Translations under genes and position numbers: made by a program
Assembly (NCBI GenBank): GCA_051294375.1
Contig: JBJCIZ010001580.1
Coordinates: 1-16,621, forward strand
Length of the DNA: 16,621 bases
Origin: Paraspadella gotoi
Lineage: Eukaryota; Animalia; Chaetognatha
Direction: 5' to 3'
The notes under the pieces: generated by a model
Told to the model about the DNA's origin: nothing
Database searches by the model: none
Seen by the model: the letters and a program-made list of their open reading frames with translations, nothing else
In this document: piece after piece, positions 1 to 9,817 of the stretch
Layout: every line of letters starts with the position of its first letter
Position numbering within the stretch: the stretch's first letter is position 1

Positions 1-289
1 GACTCTTCTTATTCATTTCATCTGTTTCCTTTTTTTTTCGCTTTGCACTTCCGGCTTCTTCCAACATTATAAATGTTTAAATTTCTTGTTGTCATATATA
101 TATTTTCTTGAGAATTAATAGTACTCGTCCCGTCTTCACTGTATTCTATAAACAGGCACTTTATATGTTAAATAGTTTATGTACTATTTAGTGGCTTTCA
201 TTGTCAACTTGTTGAGATTTCCTTCTCCAGATCTGTATTTTTAACATACACACTATACTATTCTAGATATCCACAGTAACACCTATCTC

Positions 290-3135
290 TTCAAGTCGTC
301 TCAAGATCGAATGCTTCTTCCTCGTCTTGGATTCGATAACGCTGCCGGTCGATTTAAGAACCACCCCAGCGATCTCCAACTTTGGCGCAGCGTTCGTCCT
401 TTCTCCTCTTCGTCCTCACATTTTTCAAACAGCTCCCTCCCAAAAACTCGTCCACCACTAAAATCGTACCGGCTCTCACGGTTTCTGGGCAGCGGGTGAG
501 TGCCGTTCTGGGCTGGCTGCTTCCTCCTGCTCTCTTCTGCGCCAACGAAGGTGGGCCGACTTCGGGCGGGTCGGGGCGCGGCTGGTCGACAGTTTGTACT
601 CTGTCCTCTATCTCGCTCCAAGCGCTTTGTGGCGATCGTGCCTGGAGACATATGCAGGAAGACTGTTTTCAATGCAGTGCGTCACGTCCAGTCTATTATG
701 TTTGTTCTTGTTTAGTGTTTTGTTCCTTTTTCTGAGATGTTCTTGTTTTGGTGACGTGACTTTCCACTCACCGAAATACCTCGGTCGCCATTTGTCCTCT
801 CACCATATGTAAAGGTGTATTCCTCGGCGAAGCTGATCGTCGAACGTCTTCGTTCGGTAGTCGCTCCATGCTCTTTTTCGCTCAACCGGCCATCACTAGT
901 CGCGCGATTTTTGGCGCTGTTGAGGGGGTGGAAAAGTAGACAACGAGAAATAGTTTTATCTTCTAAGACAACTACAATTGATGTTGCGAATAGAGCAAAT
1001 AGCGAAAATCTTTCTTCTCCCTCCTCCTGTTAAAGCTGACCATCCCTTCAGTCGTGACCCGTCCATCCTCCACACCCAGTACCTACCCTCGCGGGTAAAC
1101 CAAGCTCAGGACCGTTTCCATGGCTGCTCGACAGGTTAAAGAACTGGCGGATAGTTTCACTTAAGCCTTTATCGCCGTTATCCACATGGTATATCTCACA
1201 AACAAGCTCTTAGCTAAATGCACAGTCGTCTGCCCTTTATACATAATAATATCAAATATTAATATAAAATTAATATAAAATATTGTGGCAGACGTCGAAC
1301 TATCTATCCTGCCACAATATAACTATATTCCCACCGCCAGACCTGATCGGGACTCAGCGATTCTTCCTCTGCGGAAACTTCGAGAATATTTTTGACTCCT
1401 TTTCCTCGGACCCAATCAAGTCCATGTCGTGACGTGTTTGCCTGTCATCACCTATCATTCTCTTGTCGTCGGGATCTGGAAAGACCGGTGAAAAGATATT
1501 ACGGAATTAAATTTAGTATATTGTGCATTAATATAAAAATCACACGTATGTAAAAAATAAAAAACGGGAAAAAAATTAATTAAATTGTAATATTTAAAAA
1601 AAGTTCGATTTAGTAAAAGTGTTATATTATTGAATTCATAAAATTATTAATTATTATTTGTTTTTAAACATTTAAAAATAAAAGTTAAATTAAAAATTGA
1701 TTATAAATTTTAAAATAAAAAATCTTTATTTATTAGTTTATATATACAAAACAAGAACGAATCTCTTACTAAAATAACTATAGATCGTTCAGCTACCCAC
1801 TTGACCGTCTCCGGATCGAACTTGTAAGTGCATCTTCTCCGAGGTGCGCTGGAAGAGCTCGTCGATCCGGATCACGTGCTCTCCCTCGTAACATCGGCGG
1901 GGGTCGACGGGGCGGTAATCCGGAGGTCTCGTCGCCGTAGGCGTAGCGGGCGCGAGTTTGATGGGGTTTGGGAGGAATCTTGCGGGTCTAGAAGGGGACA
2001 AAGAGTAAGGGGGTGGGAAAATGAACCTCCAATCGAATCAAACTTTTGCATAGACAAAGTTAAATTATCAAATAGAATTACGCGAAGCATTCAATATAAT
2101 CTATACAATCTATAGTATAATTCTCCAATTAATCATTCACGTGAAAGCAATCAAATCAAAACCTGAAAAATTCATAATCTAAATAAATTTAATTGAACAA
2201 AAAAATAATTTTATACCTCTATCTCTACTCAAATAAACTCAATCATCAAACAAACCAGTAAATCATCCAGTTTAATAAGATCAATCAACCAAATCGGATA
2301 ATAATTCAATCAAAAAAACCTTCGGCTGCGGTGTATTCGTCGGCGTAGAGCAAATATTCCGCCCTCATTTCATCAACTCCTTTTCATCTCGGAGGCGAAA
2401 GCCTTGATTCCTTCGGCCACCTGCGTTTCCGTGTAGACGTCTGCCGCGCCCGAGTCGCGACGCCTCGCCTCTCCACCGGCCTGCCGTCCGTCCCGGCGTC
2501 GGCTCCCCGCTCCCGTAGCAGCGGAGGATCTCGTTCGCGCGCGCGTTGATTCACGAATCGAGAAGGCGGCGCCGGTCGTCCCTCGGGGATCGAGGCGTCG
2601 GGAATGCACCGAAATCAATTTGGCGGGAAGACGGGGGGATGGGTCCGCTCGCGGAGGGCTTGGGGGGGGGTGAGGTGGGGGGGAAGAAAGAGGGGGATGG
2701 AAGAGAGGGGTTTTGGGAGGGTAGAGAATGGATTATCTTTGTTCAATTTCAGTTTTATTGATTGACCGACTGATCGATTGATTGAAAAATTGAAGCAATT
2801 TTTGAAGAATGAAAAAAAACAATGACATATAAAGTATAGGCGTCAAAGATATAGATAACGGTTGAATTTCCTGGCTGCATATTCGCTCTTCGTTGGAACT
2901 CTTTAATCAGCGATGACCTAGCAATTTAACGCAACTATTAACCTCCCTCCCATCGTCCGCTGTAGGGTCTGAACAACTGGATCTCGCAATAGCTAAACAT
3001 CTGCAATGACTTTTATCGTAAACGTCGACGGCCGTCTTGAGGTTGTCCTCAGACGCTCACTCTTGGGGTCAGATGCGTCGGTTGGCGATGGTTTTGGGTC
3101 CCCCATGACGTGTCGCAGAGAGAGAGAGAGAGAGA

Positions 3136-3170
<35 letters not shown>

Positions 3171-3323
3171 GAGAGAGAGGAGGAGAGAGAGAGAGAGAGA
3201 GAGAAGCTCGGGCGAAAAACAAGAGCCTCGTATTTTAATTTTGTCGGTTGACTCGAAGGTGGAATGCGAGAAGACGAGAGAGAGAGAGAGAGAGAGAAGA
3301 GGAGAGGCTCAGAGAGAGACGAG

Positions 3324-3354
<31 letters not shown>

Positions 3355-5889
3355 CGAGAAGAGAGAGAAGAAGTCATCGCTCTCCTCTCTCTCTATTTCT
3401 AATTTCTACTGGTGGAATTGACGTTTCTGAATAATCGATTTCCAACGAACTCTCTCCAGCCTCATTAACCTTCGGAAGGATGGAAGCCTCGACATTCTGG
3501 GTCGAAGGAAAAAAACAGTAAAAAGAAAATCAAAGAAAAAAACATGAAAGAGGAAAACATCATTAGGAATCGAAAGAAAAAATAGAAGAAAACCGACGAT
3601 AAAAAATATGAGGTTGACGGTAAAAGAAAAAAGTGAAAAGAAGTAGCAAAAAATAGCACAGGTGAAGTGAAATTGAGAAGGGTAAATAAAACATTCGTTT
3701 TAAAGAGGATTTAAAGTAGGAGTATAATCTTTAAATATATCAATTTGAAATAATTTTATAAGTTTATATTGTTTTGTGACGAGAGAGACAAGAAAGAGCA
3801 ATAAAATCAACAATTTATTAAAAAAATGGAAAGAACAACAGAACAGGGAAACAGAAAAGAATTAGCCGAAACAGAAGCCGGAAACAGTGATAAAGAATAG
3901 AACTAAGTAGCAAGCAAGGAACCGAAACAGAAAAAGTAAAGAGTCCTTAAATTCACTCCAGGGTCTTGGCGAACATCGGTTCTTCGGCTCTTGGTCCACG
4001 GGGTTGAGAATATTGGGGGATCCATGTTCTGCCACATTCCTCCACGAAGTTTCGAGTTCTGCAACGATATATATTTCGGCAACATAAGTGGTTTCGGTAT
4101 TTTTCCCCACCATATTTCCAAAAAATTTTCTTTAAAATACATATGGGTAAAACAATTACGTTTCTAATTCTAATTAGCTACGATTAGGCTACCGATGACC
4201 AGTAACGAAAGCAAGAAAACAATGACAACGACACACCTGCTCATGGGGCGCGGGTTTTCGTAGTCGACTTGTCTTGAGACAAATCCTCGTCGTCGCTTTG
4301 AGGGTCGGTCCGTGACAACTGATCAAATCTTGGCGAGGTCGGCCTTGAGTTGCTCTCTCCTTCATCGTTCCTCGCATCCTGTAGGAGGGAAACGGTGGGA
4401 GGTGAGAACACACGATAACCGCGTTAAGTAAGAGATAAGAAGGAAGGAAAAGGAATGGGGTGGATCAAAGGGGAGAGAAAAACCTATATTTCTTAATTTA
4501 ACAAATTGTTTTTGCAGCGCGACGGGGAAAAAAAAAGCAGAATTTTGACAGGGAACATAGAAATGAAATGACTTAAAAAGAAATTAGAATGAAGACATGA
4601 AGTATTTAAACAAAGGAGGAAAAGATCCGAAGTTTGATAGAGAAGAAAAGGAAAGTTGTGAAAATTAAAATTTATGAAGGAAAGAAGAAAAAAAAAATGA
4701 TAGCAAAGAAAATCGAAAAATGTCGTAACGAATTTCACTTTTTTGGTCGGGAGTCGAAATTTACGAAATTCTTTCCGCGGTTTTTCTCTTTTTGGATGAT
4801 ATTTTTGTGGTCAAACAATTAGTTTTCCATTTCTTCTCAGCTTCTCTCTTTTAAAAAAATTGAATGTAACTGACCATTTTGTTCTCGTATTTATTTTGGG
4901 AGTCACGTACTTCCTTTTGAGATATCAGCTTAGCCTCACCTTTTGCCCAAAGTTCTTTATCCAACTATTTTTTTATATTTCAGTTTTCGCATCATTCTTT
5001 TAATCCTTATTTTTCACATTTTTGTTTCAGTTTTCGCCATATTCATTCTTAATCCTATTTTTGTATATTTTGTACTCACCAAATCCTCCCGCGTGCATCT
5101 TGTTGTCGAAATTTCTCTTCTTTGGCTTCAAATAGTTCGATTTCTTTCAATTCTTGTTGTTTTTCAGCGCCGGAGGTTCTAACAACGAAATACAACAGAA
5201 AAGTTTTATTTTAAAAATTATTTTTTTCTTTTTATTTTTTTCCCAAAGTTTTTTTTTTTTTTATCTTTTTGTAACCCGGGATGATAAAGTTTGTTCTCCA
5301 TTAATGTAATTTCCATTGGGGTACAATCCGTCTCGACATTTCGGTTGAAACGATTTTTCGCATTTGATTCTTGCGCTGAAAAATTGAAATTTCCATAATC
5401 ATATTTCTAAATTTAAAAAAAAATATATATCAAAGGAAAATCATTAAAACAATATTGTGAGGTAGGAAATCACTTTTTAAGTTACTGCCGGATTACAACG
5501 AAAAAAATAAAATCAAAATAGAGACAAGTATCGAAACTTAATCTCCTTAAAAATAATAATATCTTTACTGAGGGAATGACATATTTTTACGCCTCCCAAA
5601 AAATGTCATTAAAAATGTTCTCCTCACTTGTTCGTTTTGAAATTTCGTCTCTCTCGTCGTTGAGTTGCCTCATGAACCTTGCGGATGCGAGCAGACCCCT
5701 TGTTATCCCATTTTTTAGTTCTGTCAGTTTTATATATATGTTTAATTACACTTGATGAATATTCGTCATTGACAGGTTTGTTCTTCTATGTTGGAGAGAA
5801 TCAAGACTATTCTCTCAATTAACAACATTTGAGGCCTATATTTTTTATTAATCCCCTGTTTTTGCTTTGGTTTCTCTTGGTTGATGCAT
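290..5889 (-). CDS. Spliced gene B (possibly two adjacent genes), putative C2-domain-containing protein. Approximate exons include 5178-5080, 4964-4911, 4378-4237, 4058-3957, ~3495-3410, ~3080-2850, ~2658-2320, 2100-1770, 1475-~1280, 1213-<290
   Basis: GC-richer blocks flanked by AG/GT splice signals alternate with AT-rich or pyrimidine-rich introns. Clean exon translations include TSGAEKQQELKEIELFEAKEEKFRQQDARGR and LDKELWAKGEAKLISQKE. C2-like fragments are FVE.CGRT..PN(I/T)LNPV, NQLILEVHE, LRVILFD...KFDSIG and ELVCEIYHVD. The ATG at 5889 and exon connectivity are tentative because of read errors. Confidence 0.5.
1280..1320. repeat. Perfect 12-bp inverted repeat with 17-nt loop
   Basis: atattgtggcag (1280-1291) and ctgccacaatat (1309-1320); nearly the same in the mirror arm at 15663-15698. 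Confidence 0.8.
3117..3203. repeat. Imperfect (GA)n microsatellite
   Basis: Seen directly; mirrored as (TC)n at ~13797-13895. Confidence 0.95.
3277..3372. repeat. Imperfect (GA)n microsatellite
   Basis: Seen directly; mirrored in shorter form at ~13688-13735. Confidence 0.93.
4978..5072. repeat. Two-copy ~47-nt tandem duplication in an intron of gene B
   Basis: tttcagttttcgcatcattcttttaatccttatttttcacatttttg is followed by tttcagttttcgccatattcattcttaatcctatttttgtatattttg. Confidence 0.8.
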
Positions 5890-6259
5890 TAATTCACTTT
5901 GGTCAAAGTACAAAATAATAAAGATAAATAAACTTTTGGAGAAATTTTACTCACGAAGAAAATAAAACTATTTCCTTTCGTGAATTGTGGACTTAGTAAG
6001 TTTTTTTGAACTTGTTGCGCGATTGTAAAATTTAGTAGTGGTATATTTTGTGAATTTTTGTTAAAAAAAGAATTAGGTTTCTTCACTTTAAGCGACAAAA
6101 AGAGCGCCTTCGAGAATTATTTCGCCAATTTTAAAACCTTATATCGCTTTCGAGTCTTTAAGTGGAGGAATCAAAAAACAGCATCACTTGCGGACCATCC
6201 AATCAGGCGCTTCGGAAGGTCCAAATGAATTCATTTGTAATTCTCAAAAGGCTTTCCTC

Positions 6260-6430
6260 TAAAAAGCGCTCCGTAAAAGAAGTTCTATGCGTAATAGCTC
6301 AGCGCTCTCACGCAAGATCTCCTTGAAATATTGCTCCCACCAAAGCGCTCTTCTACAAAGCATTTTTATTTGAAAGCGCTCCTTTAAAGAGCGCTTTGCT
6401 AAAAGCTAAAAGCTCTCCCAGAGGCGCTAC
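6260..6430. repeat. Cluster of palindromic AGCGCT motifs, including a 9-bp hairpin at 6373-6397
   Basis: AGCGCT at ~6265, 6301, 6344, 6375 and 6390, plus variants (aaagct twice, ggcgct). Reproduced in the mirror arm at ~10185-10340. Confidence 0.75.
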
Positions 6431-6629
6431 TCAGACGCGAATCCTTCCCCTGAGGTAGTCGTCGACGAACTTGTCTGCAGCCGTCGCCTCTTCCTGCAAT
6501 TTCACGTTGCCAGGAATGATGCCTGCTTCGTACAGGCGCTCACGGTCGCGTCTGTTCTTCTCTTCGCGCCACATCGCCTGATCCATGAAGGCGGACTTGA
6601 GGTTTCGCCTGGGAAGAGGAGATTAGGGA

Positions 6630-6705
<76 letters not shown>

Positions 6706-8007
6706 GGAGACATCGCAAACGTCGAGCTTGAGTCGCTCTCTAGCGTCGACTGCCTCCAATCTTTTGGTGACATCACCAAACGATTGTGGGTGAATCTTTT
6801 GTTCCTTTTGATAAGTCATTCCGTTGGCGAGACTCAGCAGAGACTTTTTGTTCTGGGAAATGTGTAGTTGCACTTGATTTAGCGGTAAACTTATTTGCAT
6901 AAAGAAGTAATTTCTAAATGAAAGCTTTCGAGTGACGAAAAAAGGCTCTTATTCACAATTATTCTTTTTTTTCCATCAAATTTTACTTAGAATCTTCTCG
7001 GAACTTTTTACTTTTTAGAACTTTTTAGTTTTTACTTTTTAGAAACAAAAAAAAGTTTGACTTTGCTTTAACAGAGTAATAAATACAAAATATCTCCCTC
7101 ATTCTCCGACTCTGCGCAACCTTACCGTACTCACCCTCATATTCAAAACAGTGTCCTGCACGTTTCTCTGAATTCCTCTGACTTCTTTTTGATAAGTGAT
7201 TAAGCGGTTAACTGTTTAGTCTTCGGCCGCGAAACTGTTGTTGAGTCTTTCATGTGTACCTGTTTAAATTATAGAAGTCAAAAGTTGTTTGTTACTGTAA
7301 TAACCAGATTATTGCACCATAAAAACTTAAAAAATTTAAAAAAAATAGTTAAATATCATGCAATCTTTCAATAATTTAATCAGGGTTAAGATTTTTAACT
7401 GAGAAAAGTAAAGAAATTTTTAAAAGCTTATACTATTGAATAAATTAGGCTAGTACCCTCAGAAAAGCAGTTTAAAATATTTTGATCTGAATGATAAGAT
7501 AAATTTGAATGCTGTATACATTAGCATTTAAATTTGATGCGGCTATGTTGAATTGACCGAACTGACCAGTTGAAGTGGCGTTCCTCGGTCCCTGAGCCCG
7601 TCCATCGAAGAGGGATGGTTCTCGTTTTGTTGTGACTTGCCTTCGGGTCGAACCTTTAAAACAGAAACACAACAAACTTCACACATCCTACATGTAATTT
7701 CCGCCCCCCCCCGAAGTCCCAGTTCAAACATAACCTTATCCTCTTTTTCTCCATTCGCCTCGGCATCATCGCCCTCGGCTGGTGACCAATCCATTACTTA
7801 CGCCATAAATCTTTCCGCTCATTTTGTCCTGAACCCCTAACTTCCACATCACCTGTGAGGAATCTTCTGCTTCCGCCGCTTGATGTCAACAATTCTCTCT
7901 CGATCTCATTCGGTCTCTGCCACGAATCGTTTTTCTTTTCTTCTTGTCCTTTTTCTTCTTACCTCTTTTTACTTCTGAAGGGATTTTCCGGGATTCCGAA
8001 TCACCTC
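6431..8007 (-). CDS. Spliced gene A, hypothetical protein, probably 5'-truncated by the foldback apex. Inferred exons: ~8007-7735, 7653-7567, 7259-7135, 6852-6704, 6608-6431
   Basis: Canonical splice sites (cag|, |gtaagt, |gtgagt, |gtcagt) and a ctaat branch point before the last acceptor. The last two exons (149+178 nt) join in frame to give NKKSLLSLANGMTYQKEQKIHPQSFGDVTKRLEAVDARERLKLDVCDVSKRNLKSAFMDQAMWREEKNRRDRERLYEAGIIPGNVKLQEEATAADKFVDDYLRGRIRV then TGA (6433-6431). Upstream exons are frameshifted by read errors. No family recognised. Confidence 0.75.
6609..6703 (-). other. 95-nt spliceosomal intron of gene A, filled mostly by a (CT)n tract
   Basis: Minus strand reads GTAAGT-(CT)n-cacatccCTAATctcctcttccCAG. 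Removing it restores the reading frame (tcc aa|g cga). Confidence 0.85.
6633..6698. repeat. Perfect (GA)33 microsatellite inside the last intron of gene A
   Basis: 66-nt uninterrupted GA run. Confidence 0.97.
7001..7044. repeat. Short degenerate ACTTTTT(AG) tandem repeat in an intron of gene A
   Basis: aactttttactttttagaactttttagtttttactttttagaa; mirrored at ~9433-9475. Confidence 0.7.
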
Positions 8008-8560
8008 CTTTGGTAGAAAGAAGAGAGAAGTAAAGGCTTACATTAGTTTTTTATATTCTTGTCCACGGGGCGTTTTCTTTTGTTTAATACTTAGATTTGT
8101 ATCGTTAGTGCGAGCATCCGAGGTTAAATGATCCCTTATTAGGACATGATAACAGAATTCGAATGAATATTACTGCATCACAAAATTATCAAATTATTTA
8201 AGTAACCATCAAGCTTAACTTGCCCACAGACTTTTGAAATAAGGCTGTCTGAGTTTCGGTTGGACGATTTTAGAGGAGCGCACGGTTTCTAATCATTCCC
8301 ATGCGCACAGCAATGGCCCACTTAAGATCTGGGGGAATAAATAGGGTAATTATATTATATAATTTGTATTTTGGTATGACGTAATTTTAACTTTTACCGA
8401 AAAAATTTTACAGTGTTGTAACTCGCTTCAGGCTTTCATATTCAGTCTTTACCTGGATGTCCTCAACTGATAACGGGGCCTCATCTATAGAAAAAAGAAA
8501 CGCCGTGGACCAACGAATTAAAAACTAATGTAAGCCTTTACTTCTCTCTCTTCTACAAAG

Positions 8561-9776
8561 GAGGTGATCGGAATCCGCGGAAATCCCTTCAGAGTAAAGA
8601 GGAAGAAGAAAAGGAAAGGAAAGTAGGAGAGACGAAGAGATCGGAGGAATTGTTGAATCAAGCGGAGAGATTACTACAGGTGGGGAAGTTAGGGTCAGGA
8701 CAAATGAGGGAAAAGATTGGGTAAGTAATGGATTGGTCACAGGGAGGCGATGACCTGCGAAGGCGCATGGGGAAAAAGAGAAAGGTTATGTTGACTGGGA
8801 CTTGGGGGGGGGGAATACATTGTAGATGTGAGTTTGTTGACATGTTTCTGTTTAAAGGTTCGACCCGAAGCAGTTCACAACAAATCCCGAGAACCATCCT
8901 CGTCCAATGGACGGCTCAGACGGAGAACGCCACTTTCAACTGGTCAGTCGTCAATTCAACATCAGCCGATCAAATTTAAATGCTAATGTATACAGCATTC
9001 AATTATCTATCATCAGTATCAAAATATTTTAAACTGCTTTTTTCTGAGGTACTACGCCTAATTTATTTCAATAGTATAAGCTTTTAAAAATTCTTACTTT
9101 TCTCAGTAAAAATCTAAACAACTGATAAATTATTGAAAGATGATGATAGTAACTACTTTTTTTTATTTTTTAGTTTTATGGGATATCTGGATTATACAAA
9201 CAACAACTTTTGACGCTTAATTTAACAGGTACACTGAAAGAATCAAACAACAGTTTCGGCGCCGAAGATAAAGTTAACCGCTTATGCAAAAAGAAGTCAG
9301 AGGAATTCAGAGAAACGTTGCAGGACACTGTTTTGAATATGAGGGTGAGTACGGTAAGGTTGCCCAGAGTCGGAGAATGAGGGAGATATTTTGTATTTAT
9401 TACTCTGTTAAAGCAAAGTCAACTTTTTTTGTTTCTAAAAAGTAAAACTAAAAAGTTCTAAAAAGTAAAAAGTTCGCGAGAAGATTCTAAGTAAAATTTA
9501 ATGGAGAAAAAAGAATAATTGTGAATAAGGAGCCTTTTTCGTATAACTGCGAAAGCTTTCATTTAGAAAATTACTTCTTATGGCAAATAAGTTTACCGCT
9601 AATCCATGCAACATACACATTTCGCCAGAACAAAGTCTCTGCTGAGTCTCGCCACGGAAGACTTATCAAAAGGAAACAAACGATTCACCCCAATCGTTTG
9701 GTGATGTCCCCAAAAGATTTGGAGGCAGTGGACGCCAAGAGAGCGACTCAACGCTCCGAGTTTGCGACGGCTCTCC

Positions 9777-9817
<41 letters not shown>

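Larger units (their letters stand above)
280..8250. repeat. Left arm of window-spanning inverted repeat (foldback)
   Basis: Anchors match the right arm in reverse complement. tttttcaaacagctccctcccaaaaactcgtccac (421-455) pairs with ~16465-16500, taaaggcttacattagttttt (8031-8051) pairs with aaaaactaatgtaagccttta (8520-8540), and the (GA)n tracts are mirrored as (TC)n tracts. Confidence 0.97.

Noticed and set aside
1770-1840. CTYKFDPETVKWVAERSIVIF resembles the N-terminal strand of alpha-kinases (eEF2K/MHCK), and EYAARKFN near 2865-2890 resembles their helix motif
   Set aside because: The motifs occur in the wrong order, and I found no PF..G..R, E.(F/Y)I.G.Y.KYN or LTDPQI motifs.
3006-3251. 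RERERE/SLSLSL ORFs here and at 6540-6867, 9521-10069, 9599-9886 and 13780-14079
   Set aside because: These are read-throughs of intronic GA/CT microsatellites. Only the exon portions of some are coding.
6260-6430. CRISPR-like array of spaced palindromic repeats
   Set aside because: The shared core is only 6-9 nt, spacing is irregular, the context is eukaryotic, and no cas genes are present.
7001-7044. Telomere-like TTTTTAG repeats
   Set aside because: The repeats are irregular, lack G runs, are intronic, and lie more than 1 kb from the apex.
7216-7218. In-frame TAA in one reading of a gene A exon, suggesting a ciliate-type TAA=Gln code
   Set aside because: It is not reproduced in the mirror arm (gaagataaagtt), and the clean exons use CAA/CAG without internal TAA/TAG. 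The read error rate explains it.
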